Origin: Oligoflexales bacterium
GTDB lineage: Bacteria; Bdellovibrionota_B; Oligoflexia; Oligoflexales; Bog-1112
NCBI GenBank assembly: GCA_045106415.1
Contig: JBGCEP010000029.1
Coordinates: forward strand, 1-63,425
DNA length: 63,425 nucleotides
Direction of reading: 5' to 3'
Position 1 is the first letter of the stretch; each line of letters opens with the position of its first letter. The translations under genes were made by a program, and so were the position numbers. The notes under the pieces were generated by a model. The model had not been told where the DNA came from. It saw only the letters and a program-made list of their open reading frames with translations, and ran no database searches. Shown here piece by piece: positions 51,030-61,041 of this stretch.

Positions 51030-51941
51030 TCAAGAGTAGCTTTGAGTAATGCGGATATGAGCATAGTTCAACACACCAACAAAAAAACTACCTCCGATAG
51101 AATTACCTATAATAGCAACAAGAAGAGTTTGCGCAGCTTGTGCGATAGTAATAGAAGGAGTGCCTAACAACGCTAAAAACAATTCAGCAGATCCAGCTAT
51201 TGAGTGAGTGAGTCCACCCACGCCGATAATAAAAGTCACAATATAGACACATAAAATCTGCCCTGAAGCTGTCGAGGTAGATAAGATCAACCAAGAACCT
51301 TGAGCCATCAACCACCCGGCTAAAATGGCGCTAATAAAAACTGTTTGAGGACTCAGTGCCACAAGATGATGTGCAAGAACGTCGTAACTTTCTTTTAACT
51401 GAATCGCCTCATCTGCCGAGGTAAGAAGAACTGCAGAAATAAATGTTCCAATAAGATTGCCACATAGAACATAACCCCATAGTTTCAAGAGCTTGACGAC
51501 AGAAGCCTGCTTGTCCATTACTGGATAGATAGCCGTTGCTGTTTGCTCTGTATAAAGCTTCGCTCCACTCATCACACAAACAATAAATCCTAAAGGGTAG
51601 AAAAGAGCTATAATTAAACGCCCAAATGACGTTGTGGGATTTTCCACTAAACTTGTTGCAAAAGCTGCAAGCATGGCAACAAAGCCAATAATTAAACCAC
51701 CTACAATAGAAGATAAAAAAAGCGAGATCGCAGGCCTTTTAAACTGCTCAAAACCTTCTTTTATAGCATAAGACAAAGTATCATCAGGATGCTTTACGAT
51801 TTCATCAATTCTTTTAATAATCACAGGAATGTATTTTTCATCTTCTTTTTCACGCTCTTTTGTACGATGAGTTTGTGCTTCTTCTTGAACTATCCCACTA
51901 TCAAAATCAGGTGGTAGAATAATTTTTTTATCTTGCGTCAT
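51030..51941 (-). CDS. Formate/nitrite transporter family protein (YfdC-like)
   Basis: EGFEQFKRP..L..S, YPLGFI..LYTEQT, LWG.VL.GNLIG, AILAGWLMA, THSIAGS, GNSIGG..FV..LNY. Confidence 0.88.
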   Translation of the reverse strand: MTQDKKIILPPDFDSGIVQEEAQTHRTKEREKEDEKYIPVIIKRIDEIVKHPDDTLSYAIKEGFEQFKRPAISLFLSSIVGGLIIGFVAMLAAFATSLVENPTTSFGRLIIALFYPLGFIVCVMSGAKLYTEQTATAIYPVMDKQASVVKLLKLWGYVLCGNLIGTFISAVLLTSADEAIQLKESYDVLAHHLVALSPQTVFISAILAGWLMAQGSWLILSTSTASGQILCVYIVTFIIGVGGLTHSIAGSAELFLALLGTPSITIAQAAQTLLVAIIGNSIGGSFFVGVLNYAHIRITQSYS

Positions 51942-52198
51942 TTCTGCACCATTTTTGTTTAATTTCACAAAGAAAGTTTTTACATTTTAAAGATAAGACA
52001 TCGCTATAGCATGATAACACGGACAGATTTTTAAAATAAAAACATCTCTTCTAAGAGAAGGATTTTCAATTGAATTTACAATATTTATATAAAAAAACAA
52101 AAAGAGAGCATCTTTTTCTTATTCAATAAAATTTTCTTCTCAAAAATAAACGTCATTGACTTTAAATACACAGCAAATTTTCAAAACAATAAGATGTT

Positions 52199-53500
52199 TT
52201 ATCGCGCCAAAGAACAATCAAATATATTTTGGTTTCTTCCATAGCCATTACTTTGTGAAAAACTAAATTCAAAAGCATCCCATCCATTTACAAAACGGCT
52301 GGTCTTTTCAATACTAAGAATTGCAGGAAGATTGCTCACAGTATTATATAAATTAGGATATTGCTGCTGATAAGCAGCTTCATCTTCAAATACTTTTTTA
52401 GCAAGAAACAGACCTCCATGCATTTCTGCCGGAGAAAAACCAACATGCATCCGAAAAGGCCTTCCTGTCGATTCTTTATGGAATCCAAAAAACCTATTGA
52501 AATCATGGTTATATGAATTCAACAAAGCTACAGAGTCATTATATCCACGCTCATAACATAAAAGCTGTTGCGCTATTTTTATTCTGTCATCATGATTAAG
52601 ATTTTCATCATTCATCATATGATGTGCAAATGCCAGCCCACCATTACGAGCAAGAATAAAATTCAACATTTGGCTATTTTCTGCTGTTTCTCGATGGTTC
52701 GGTCTTAAACGGATACCAGCAGTATAATTGGGTTTATAACTCAACGCTTGAAAAACAAGATGCGTTGGATTTGTTCTTATCGCATTTAAAAATGTGACTT
52801 CTTCAGTATTTAAATTTCCCTGCGCGGCAATAGCGCCATCCCACCTTACATAACTCCCCCATATAGGACGAGGATTTATCGAGTGACACACCTTACAAGA
52901 CTCTGTTTCTGTTTTTGGTTTATCTGCATTAGGCTGAAAATTCAGGCCTGTGAAATCCCAAACCGCGTCCTCAAAATTAAAAACAGCCACCTCAACAGTC
53001 ACTGAATCTTTTATTGTCTCAAACCCAAGAATATAACGACCTGCTGGATCGTATATTAAGACTCTTGGCTCATTTTGAGTGGCTTGCTGCCCACTTTCAC
53101 TCCCTCGTATCATCACCCAAAAAGGCCTAACTCCTGGGGGTAAACTATCAAGAATAGACTGTATAGAAGAAAAACATGTGACTTCTCTTGCTTGTGTAAT
53201 CTGCTCCCAATTAAAATCATCACAATTTATTTCTTCTTCCAAAGAAGATGTTTTGTTATCTGGTAAAGTTGTTTTTTGAGTTTTTGTTTTTTTGGATTGT
53301 CCATCTTTTGTTGGAGATGAGTCATTTTTTTTCTGCGGCTCATCAAACTCATCATTTTTTGCAAATTCATCTGCTTGGACATCCAAATTTTCCTGAGATG
53401 GAGGTAAAGATTTTGTTGATTTTTGATCTCTCGACACAGGGTTATAAATCTGTTTTTGCGCACAAGAAACAAATATTATTATAAAAAAACACAGCTTCAT
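52199..53500 (-). CDS. Lipoprotein with a single CxxCH (putative haem c) motif
   Basis: MKLCFFIIIFVSC lipobox, K/D/S-rich linker, CKVCH followed by PRPIWGSY; GGAGG RBS. Confidence 0.7.
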   Translation of the reverse strand: MKLCFFIIIFVSCAQKQIYNPVSRDQKSTKSLPPSQENLDVQADEFAKNDEFDEPQKKNDSSPTKDGQSKKTKTQKTTLPDNKTSSLEEEINCDDFNWEQITQAREVTCFSSIQSILDSLPPGVRPFWVMIRGSESGQQATQNEPRVLIYDPAGRYILGFETIKDSVTVEVAVFNFEDAVWDFTGLNFQPNADKPKTETESCKVCHSINPRPIWGSYVRWDGAIAAQGNLNTEEVTFLNAIRTNPTHLVFQALSYKPNYTAGIRLRPNHRETAENSQMLNFILARNGGLAFAHHMMNDENLNHDDRIKIAQQLLCYERGYNDSVALLNSYNHDFNRFFGFHKESTGRPFRMHVGFSPAEMHGGLFLAKKVFEDEAAYQQQYPNLYNTVSNLPAILSIEKTSRFVNGWDAFEFSFSQSNGYGRNQNIFDCSLAR

Positions 53501-53526
53501 TCATACCCTCCGGAGTCCCAATGAAC

Positions 53527-53553
53527 TTATCGGCATTCCAATAAAAAAAATTA
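53527..53553 (-). promoter_or_regulatory. Sigma28 (FliA)-type promoter
   Basis: TAAT-N15-GCCGATAA on minus strand, 27 nt before the lipoprotein ATG; perfect -10 box. Confidence 0.7.
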
Positions 53554-53674
53554 AATTCTTTTTATTTTAAAAATATATGAATAGAATAATCCGATCAAAA
53601 AGATTCTTTCAGCTTAGCAAAAACAAACAATAGTGACGCCGTCAACCCTTACTCACTCAATAAAAGGAAAACAA

Positions 53675-54121
53675 ATGAATCAATTTTTAATCTTTACTTT
53701 TTTAATAAATTTTTATTCTTTAAACGCTCAATCAAGAGGAGTTTCAATAGATACCACAATCATGACAAAGGAAGGCGATATGCCCATCGAACTTCTCGAT
53801 ATGAATCATGAAATTATTTCGTATCATAATATCTTTTGCCTGGAAAAAAGCCGTGTCAAAAATGTCGATATCACTCAAATGAAAATCATTACAATTTACA
53901 CAGAAAATAAAAAAATTGAAGTCTCTGAACAACAAAAAATGATGACTATTCACGGATGGGAATATGCAAAAAATTTAAATATTAATGATTCTATAATTAC
54001 ATTTCAAGGCTCAAGATTAATCACAGGATTTTTTAAAAACGACACCAAACATGATGTTTATTCTATAACATCAGAACCACATCAAACTTTTTTCGCGAAT
54101 GGTTTTTTACTTAAAAAATAG
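53675..54121 (+). CDS. Secreted stand-alone Hint (intein-like) domain protein, catalytic residues absent
   Basis: Signal peptide then GVSIDTTIMTKEGDMPIE (block A), IEVSEQQKMMT..GW..A..L (block B), VYSITSEPHQTFFANG (block F); AAAGGA RBS. Confidence 0.78.
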   Translation: MNQFLIFTFLINFYSLNAQSRGVSIDTTIMTKEGDMPIELLDMNHEIISYHNIFCLEKSRVKNVDITQMKIITIYTENKKIEVSEQQKMMTIHGWEYAKNLNINDSIITFQGSRLITGFFKNDTKHDVYSITSEPHQTFFANGFLLKK

Positions 54122-54467
54122 TCTTGATATTCATGATAGAAAACAAATACGATCATTATTTTAAAATAAAATAGTAACAAAAGCATAAGTTTCTATTGAT
54201 TCATTTTCACTATATTATTAGGTGATTTTATTTATGTATTAAGAATTTCAAAATTTTGGTAAATACTAATTTTAAAGTAACATTTGATATCTATGAATAT
54301 ATAAATATGACTCTGCCATGCTATATAAAAACACTTCAATCACCACAGTATAAATACTTTATACCACAACTTCTTAACACTTAAATATGATTTATTAGTT
54401 TTTTATATTGCTTAAACCTTAGACTTTTAACATCTATACAGTAAGACTGTAAATGCTGCAGAAAAAT

Positions 54468-57400
54468 CTATGGTGACACAGGAGCTGCACACCTAAATCC
54501 AGATGAAGATGATGTCGATGTTTGAGTAGAAGATAAAAATGCTGCAAAGATTCCAGCTTTATCTCCATGATTTGCTTGACCTCCACGCTCCATCACTCCT
54601 CCTGAAGTATTATTAGACGCATAATATTTTCCAAGACCTTGACTCGAGTTCCATGAATCACTCCAAAAACTTTTATATGAATTTCTAGGTATGATATCCT
54701 TTACAACCCAAGAAGCGGCATCTGTAAGAGTGATTGAAAACTCTTGATAATTTGCTAGAGGATTGACTTTGTTGTCAGGTTCATATTTACTTGTTTTTTC
54801 TAGAACATTCCCCGCGATGTCCCAAATGACATCCCCTGTCGAAAGCTTATGAGTCCTTCTTTGGCTATGCCATGTTGAACTATCACATGTTTGCCCTGTT
54901 CCTACACATGAGTCATTATCATCTGCGCTTGACGCTAATCGGGAGGTTGGTGAATTGTCAGAATGCCCTCTATTTAACTGTCCGCTTCCTACCGTTCCAC
55001 CACTCCAATTTTCATCTACTTCGGCTATATTTGCAGCAATTGTCATCCATTCTTCATTCGTTATAAGGTGATAATTGGCTCCAATAGAAGCACACTCAGA
55101 GATCGCTATTGTTTGATTGATATTAACCCACGGAATACCAGCTGCAGCAGAACCAGGAGTCCCAGAGTTATTATGCGCCTCGTACTTCATGACACAAAAA
55201 TCTGAAGTGCCATAATCAGAATCTCCAGGAATACCGACCCAAACACCTGCACTTAAACTTGAGCAATCAATTCCTCCACTAGAGCCAGTGAACCCATCTC
55301 CATACACCTCTCCACTGAAATTTCCAGCATGATCAACGGCTCGAATATTTGCATAATAAGTTGCACCATCTGCTAAAGATAATCCTGTCATAGAAACCGT
55401 TAAAACACTACCAACATCCGTCCAGCCTTTGATGTCTGTTCCCCCTGGTGAAGTTCCTATAGAAACTTCATACAACGAAAACCCAGACCCACCATCTGAG
55501 CTGGCGCTCCACGTGAAATCCGATGATTCAGTCAAGTCTTTAGAGGCAACACCATCAATAAATACCCCAGGGACAGACGGAGGAATATTGTCATGTGTAA
55601 TACTTGCACTGACACATGGGCCACTATTCCCCGCATAATCTTTAAATTGGGCATAAACCAAAGCGCTTCCATTCATTTGATCTAAATTCCAGCTCGCAAC
55701 AGTATTTGCATAAGCCGTCCATGTTCCACCACTGGCACACCCACTATTATTTGTAATGTACATTTCGTTTGCACCTAAAGCAAAAGGTGATAAGGAAACT
55801 AATGCACTCGATGTATAAGCATTCCCACCTGAAATCAATAAACTTTCTGATGTAGGAGCAACATTATCATGTATAATTGACGCGCTAAGACAGTTCGACT
55901 CATTTCCAAGGTCATCGCTAAACTTCGCATAAACGGTCGCCGCCTCATTGCTTTGCGCAAGAGTATAAGGCAAGCTTTGAGAAAAGTTGATCCAGCTCCC
56001 ACCGCTACTGCATCCTGAAGTATTTGTGATATACATACTGGAAACACCCGTCACACTCAGTGTTAAAGTCGTGTTCAAGCTCGAAGTATAGGCAGCGTCA
56101 TTATTTATAGATATCGAACCCGTAGGACCCTGATTATCATGCTCTATCAAATCACTTACACAGCCTGATTCATTTCCTGCCTCATCTTTATATTTTACAT
56201 AAACTGTTGCTGTTGCAGTGTTAAGATCTTCAGATTTGAAGGCCCAATTCAATTTAGAAGTATCGTATGCCTCCCAAGAGCCTCCTGTGCTACAACCAGC
56301 TTCATTTGTAACAAACATATGAGAGGCGTCAACAGCTGATAGCGTTAAGTCAGGATCAAGATCATTGGTAGACGCAATACCTGCCGCAATCGTGATCATG
56401 GGCGATGTGGGTGCCACCGAATCGTGGATGACTATGTCAGCAAGACATCCACTGTCGTTTCCTGCTTCATCCTCAAACATGACATACACCGTGTTTATCA
56501 TCTCAGCATTAAGCAAGTTCCAATTATTTTTTTTCGTCTGATAATCTTCCCAACTACCACCTGATACACACGTTGAATCATGAGTGATATACATTTTTGT
56601 AGCACCAAAAGATGCTAAATCAATATCAATTATCATACTGTTCGTATGCGTATTTCCAGCATCAAGGGTGATTGATGATGATGAAGGCGGCACATTATCA
56701 TGAATAATTGTTCTTGAAATACAATCACTCTTGCTTCCTGAAGAGTCTTCAAAGATCACATAAACCGTGGCTACACTATTACTAACGGATAACTCCCACG
56801 AGTTATAAGAATTTGCATAAGCTTGCCACAACCCACCACTTGTACAACTTTCATTACTTATCCACATTTTTTCTGAGCCAGTCGCCTGCAATTGTAAATC
56901 AACAAGAGATGAGTATGTATGAGTAGCTCCTCCGAGTATTGTAAAAGTTGGTAATTGATATTGCACATTTTTTGCCACAGTAGTGGCTAAACCGGAAGAA
57001 TCTATCGCTTCTAAACATAAAGTGTAAGCCACACCCACAGCTAAAGGTTTTACCAGTTGAGAGGTTGAGGAAGAAGAGAGAGACCATGATTTTTCTGGGG
57101 ACGAACAATCTGTTTGACGAGAAAAGCTTAATACATACGATGCAACCCCAGTCACAGTTCCCCAGCGCACTGTCACCTCTGGAGCAAAAACTGTCTCTGA
57201 AACAATCAAATTCGCTTGATCAGGTGGCGACTTATCAAGAAGGATTTGTTGGTAAGCGGGTGAAGAAGGAGTGAAGCTAAAAGATTCAGTGGTTGCACCT
57301 AGACAAACATACCAGCTCCCTTCAGCAGCTTCTTTTGGGATCTCTAATTCAAAAGACCTCAGTGATGCATCAATGCCGTCAATATCAATAAGCGAGTTTT

Positions 57401-60182
57401 GGTGACACCCTTCGGTTTGACTTAATCTTAAAGTGTAAAATGCAGCATGATCAGCCTCACTCCACGAAACAGTAACCGTATCAAAAACATGCGAAGGAAG
57501 GGTATAAAACTGAAACTCTCCCGCAGTAACTAAATTCACAGTAGTAATAGCCATTTCGCATAAATTCGTCGCGCCGCTAAGTGGATACCAGTCCACATCA
57601 ATAGCGGAAAAGTCTCTTGATATAGGACATGCTTCAACATTTGATATTTCACAAATCACAGCTCTTTGATCAGGAGGAACTAGACCTTGAAACTCTTCAT
57701 TGGTCAACGTATCAGCATAAGCAACTGAACATTGCACGATACTATCTACTGAGGATAAAGCAGAAGCCAAAGCTTCTGCTTTCCCTGCTTTTTGAGTGAT
57801 ATTAGTTTCCAAAACGGCTAATTCATTAGCTGTCAAACTATCTGAAACACTTGCTTTAATCTGTATTGTCAGCTCTGACCGAATAGAGCCAAGGTCTGAT
57901 CCATGGGACTGTGCGGCTCCATCCAGAATAGCTCCTGCTAAATCAGATGAAACCCCATTTAAATCCACAGCAGATCCCGACTGTTTTAAATCTTTTAATG
58001 CTTCCAATGCACCTTTTGATAGCTCTCCCGCAAAATCGTCTACTGAGGGAGCTGTTGCTCCACTATCTGTTAAATCTTGTGCAGTCGTGCTAAATCCTTC
58101 CATACTACCGCGCGCAACTTTAGAGGCCATATCTTGTATATTTTTAACATTAATTACCTGTCCTGCAACCTCCACTGAAGATAATTGTTGAATGCTAACC
58201 TTTGTCACAGAATTTGCGACCGCACTCATGTTTTCTGCAGAAACACCAGCCTTTTTCAAACTTCCTGTTGCTCCTCGTGCAATTCCTTGAACAGCTTGCT
58301 GAACAGAGGCTGTATCTTTCATTTGAGCACCGTTCAAACCCCTTACTGAACCTTGAACAATCCCTTGGATCATTAAACTAGAGTTCTGACTTGAATTTTT
58401 GGCCACTTGTGTACCAACAACCGCCATGGTTTCACCAACAATATTAGACATAGCAAGTGCAATGTCAGATTCTTTCATACCTGCATCATCTAAATTCCCC
58501 ATAGTACCAATCATGACATTTGCTACAAATTCTGTAGATACGCTCTCTTGAAATCCTTTTATAGCCCCTGAAGCGATAGCTCCCGCTCCTGAGCTTAGTT
58601 CAACTTCAGAAAAGCCTGCGCTTTGCATAGACTTAACAAGACCACCTGTTAAAGCTTCTAACTGCTCCCCTAAAACGAGTGATCCATCTGTTTGGTTTTT
58701 CTGACTTGCTTCTAAACTCTTTACAGCACCCTCAGCGACCCTAGCCACCGCTGCTGATAGGTTAAGAACAGGTGTTTCATTTTCTTTATCAACTTGTTTT
58801 TTTAACTCACTTAAACCAGCCATTGATGCCGATGCGAGGGATCCTGCAAGATTTTCACCTTCAGCAACTTCAACTCCTTGCAGAGAAGACATCGCACCTT
58901 CGGTCACCTGCCCAATTGCTTCTGTGAGCCCAGCTGACGATGAGCCATCATTATCTCTAAAATTAAGACTTCCTAGACCTGAAATAGCTCCTTTAAAGGC
59001 GCCACTCGCGACGGAAGCCATTTTTTCTGCTGAAATCCCTGAGTTTTTTAAACCGCCAATCGCCCCTGCTGTGACCGAAGAAGCAAGGCTGGAGACTGAA
59101 ACTGAGGACTGAGACTGAATCTCCGAAAGACCAGAAATAGCTCCTGTAGTAATTGATTGTGCGACTTCAGCAAAGTTATCACTCCCTGTTTTTTGAATAC
59201 CAGAAATAGCCCCTTCCGTAACAGCTTGAGTGATTAAAGAAAGCTCTCGACTTCCTGAGTCACTTAAACCACCAATCGCCCCTGCTGTGACCGAAGAAGC
59301 AATAACAGCTTTTGCAGATTGATCAGTTGTTCCAGAGGTTGCAATTCCCTCCACAGCGCCTTTAGTAAGACCTCTAACCATAGAAGCCATCTGATGATCA
59401 CTCACACTCGCTGAAGCAGCTAAAGCGGTCACAGCCCCTTGGGTCAATGACTTTGCAACTGCACCTACATCATCCGATGAGACAGAAGTATTTTGTATAG
59501 CAGTCACAGCCCCATTTGCCATAGACTGAGCAATCGAGACAAGAGAATTTTCATCAATTCCAGATTGTCGCGTTAATGATGCCATAGCCCCTTGAGTAAT
59601 AGCAGACGCGCCTGACACTGTACTTGATCCAGCAAACCCTGCCTCATCTAAAGACGAGACTGCTTCTTGAACGATATTTTGCGTTAGTTGAGAGAGATTA
59701 TTGATATCTATCCGACCAGGTAACGTTACAGACTCAATAGTTGAATCAAGAATATCTTTGGTAAAATTTGACCTGAGAGTAAAATCTGCTAAGGCTGCAT
59801 CCGGATCGTCCAAAGCATCAATAGCACCAGAAACAAGCAAAGCACTCACATCAATAGGTTTTTTAATGACGACAGAATTTGTATCAGTAAGATGTAGCCC
59901 AATTGCGAGTGTCCCAGCCTTCAACGATTTTGTAGCACTTTTCGTAATTGCGCTCACTTGGACCAGGTCCATACCGGCTGCAACTAAGTCATCTTGAAGC
60001 TCTGAGATCATCGTATTGCCGATGGCAAGAGAATCAGCTCTTAATTGAGTAGGAGTAACAGGCTGACTTTGAGTCAAAATCTCTTGAAATACACCCGATT
60101 TAACAACAGCAATCTTATCACTCGATATAGGGGCATCACAGCTCCAGAGTGCAATAAGCAACAGATAAATTGCTAACCTCAT
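54468..60182 (-). CDS. Giant surface lipoprotein/adhesin: helical repeats, FN3/Ig-like repeats, C-terminal CLec (FGE-sulfatase-like) domain
   Basis: Lipobox LWSC; many ..GA..GL repeats; five ~90-aa Cys-paired repeats; FCVMKYEA, HLITNEEW, WDIAGNV, RGG...GFRC. Confidence 0.85.
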   Translation of the reverse strand: MRLAIYLLLIALWSCDAPISSDKIAVVKSGVFQEILTQSQPVTPTQLRADSLAIGNTMISELQDDLVAAGMDLVQVSAITKSATKSLKAGTLAIGLHLTDTNSVVIKKPIDVSALLVSGAIDALDDPDAALADFTLRSNFTKDILDSTIESVTLPGRIDINNLSQLTQNIVQEAVSSLDEAGFAGSSTVSGASAITQGAMASLTRQSGIDENSLVSIAQSMANGAVTAIQNTSVSSDDVGAVAKSLTQGAVTALAASASVSDHQMASMVRGLTKGAVEGIATSGTTDQSAKAVIASSVTAGAIGGLSDSGSRELSLITQAVTEGAISGIQKTGSDNFAEVAQSITTGAISGLSEIQSQSSVSVSSLASSVTAGAIGGLKNSGISAEKMASVASGAFKGAISGLGSLNFRDNDGSSSAGLTEAIGQVTEGAMSSLQGVEVAEGENLAGSLASASMAGLSELKKQVDKENETPVLNLSAAVARVAEGAVKSLEASQKNQTDGSLVLGEQLEALTGGLVKSMQSAGFSEVELSSGAGAIASGAIKGFQESVSTEFVANVMIGTMGNLDDAGMKESDIALAMSNIVGETMAVVGTQVAKNSSQNSSLMIQGIVQGSVRGLNGAQMKDTASVQQAVQGIARGATGSLKKAGVSAENMSAVANSVTKVSIQQLSSVEVAGQVINVKNIQDMASKVARGSMEGFSTTAQDLTDSGATAPSVDDFAGELSKGALEALKDLKQSGSAVDLNGVSSDLAGAILDGAAQSHGSDLGSIRSELTIQIKASVSDSLTANELAVLETNITQKAGKAEALASALSSVDSIVQCSVAYADTLTNEEFQGLVPPDQRAVICEISNVEACPISRDFSAIDVDWYPLSGATNLCEMAITTVNLVTAGEFQFYTLPSHVFDTVTVSWSEADHAAFYTLRLSQTEGCHQNSLIDIDGIDASLRSFELEIPKEAAEGSWYVCLGATTESFSFTPSSPAYQQILLDKSPPDQANLIVSETVFAPEVTVRWGTVTGVASYVLSFSRQTDCSSPEKSWSLSSSSTSQLVKPLAVGVAYTLCLEAIDSSGLATTVAKNVQYQLPTFTILGGATHTYSSLVDLQLQATGSEKMWISNESCTSGGLWQAYANSYNSWELSVSNSVATVYVIFEDSSGSKSDCISRTIIHDNVPPSSSSITLDAGNTHTNSMIIDIDLASFGATKMYITHDSTCVSGGSWEDYQTKKNNWNLLNAEMINTVYVMFEDEAGNDSGCLADIVIHDSVAPTSPMITIAAGIASTNDLDPDLTLSAVDASHMFVTNEAGCSTGGSWEAYDTSKLNWAFKSEDLNTATATVYVKYKDEAGNESGCVSDLIEHDNQGPTGSISINNDAAYTSSLNTTLTLSVTGVSSMYITNTSGCSSGGSWINFSQSLPYTLAQSNEAATVYAKFSDDLGNESNCLSASIIHDNVAPTSESLLISGGNAYTSSALVSLSPFALGANEMYITNNSGCASGGTWTAYANTVASWNLDQMNGSALVYAQFKDYAGNSGPCVSASITHDNIPPSVPGVFIDGVASKDLTESSDFTWSASSDGGSGFSLYEVSIGTSPGGTDIKGWTDVGSVLTVSMTGLSLADGATYYANIRAVDHAGNFSGEVYGDGFTGSSGGIDCSSLSAGVWVGIPGDSDYGTSDFCVMKYEAHNNSGTPGSAAAGIPWVNINQTIAISECASIGANYHLITNEEWMTIAANIAEVDENWSGGTVGSGQLNRGHSDNSPTSRLASSADDNDSCVGTGQTCDSSTWHSQRRTHKLSTGDVIWDIAGNVLEKTSKYEPDNKVNPLANYQEFSITLTDAASWVVKDIIPRNSYKSFWSDSWNSSQGLGKYYASNNTSGGVMERGGQANHGDKAGIFAAFLSSTQTSTSSSSGFRCAAPVSP
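59048..59302. repeat. Intragenic direct repeat (39 nt, 1 mismatch; copies at 59048-59086 and 59264-59302)
   Basis: ttaaacc(g/a)ccaatcgcccctgctgtgaccgaagaagcaa twice, 216 nt apart, encoding ASSVTAGAIGGL. Confidence 0.9.
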
Positions 60183-60211
60183 AAAAACTCCTGAAAACCT
60201 CACCAACCTGA

Positions 60212-60238
60212 CTTTCGGGAGAACCCCTCAAACAATTA
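60212..60238 (-). promoter_or_regulatory. Candidate sigma28-type promoter of giant lipoprotein
   Basis: TAAT-N15-CCCGAAAG on minus strand, 30 nt before ATG 60182. Confidence 0.5.
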
Positions 60239-60394
60239 AGGTTTGTATAAATAAAAATAAAAAAACTTTAAAAAACAAAAATTTACGATATTGGTCACAC
60301 CTAATTTTGCTGTAGGGAATAAATAAAGATGCAGAGTATGAAGACATTAATATGGTTTTTCGAGTTACGCCAAAAAGTTGTGGATGAAGAGAGA

Positions 60395-60615
60395 TATAGC
60401 ATTGGACCACATTTATTTACTCAACATCTTCATAGCTGCACAAACAGCATAATAAATAGAGTCACATCCATCTCTGAGAAATTTTCGTATTTAGTTTTAA
60501 CTTGATACCACTTGTGTTCGATAGGATTGAGATCTGGACTATATGGGGGAAGGTATAGAACTTCTGCCCCATACTCTTGAGCTATTTGAACTATATCTGA
60601 GGACTTATGAGCTAC
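60395..60615 (-). mobile_element. IS630-family transposase remnant (C-terminal fragment plus probable end)
   Basis: Minus-strand frame VAHKSSDIVQIAQEYGAEVLYLPPYSPDLNPIEHKWYQVK; adding one A restores KIRKFLRDG...LSK*; TA dinucleotide at 60395. Confidence 0.85.
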
Positions 60616-61041
60616 TTATCCCACCAGGAGTATCTTAAACACTTACGAGAGAATGGAATTGAAGCATTTCGAATGATATTGGGCTGCAAACCAAACATCC
60701 TCGAAATACCCGAATCATTTCAGGTATGCGCCACTATTTCCCAGAAATGCTAGAATTTGAGCCATTTATCGCCTTCGAATCCAACTTCAAAGACTCTTCG
60801 GTCAGGGAAGCACGAAACAAGTGTGCGGCTGAATATTTAACAAAAAATAGACCAAGCAAATCAAGTATTTTCGAATAAAGGCAAAAGCACGCTACACATG
60901 CCTTGTACTCGTCTTCTTGAGGCTCTCACACCCACAGACGAAAAATATAATTCAATCGCCCACATACCGGATGCAAAAATTACAAATCTCATAGGCATTA
61001 GCCCCACGGCAAAACTAGGTTTCTATATGAACAGACCATAG
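60607..61041 (+). pseudogene. Fragmented coding remnant adjacent to IS630
   Basis: Successive short protein-like frames (MSYLSHQEYLKHLRENGIEAF..., MRHYFPEMLEFEPFIAFE...) separated by frameshifts and stops. Confidence 0.35.

Noticed and set aside
53675..54121. Active intein
   Set aside because: No host exteins and no Cys1, TxxH or terminal HN
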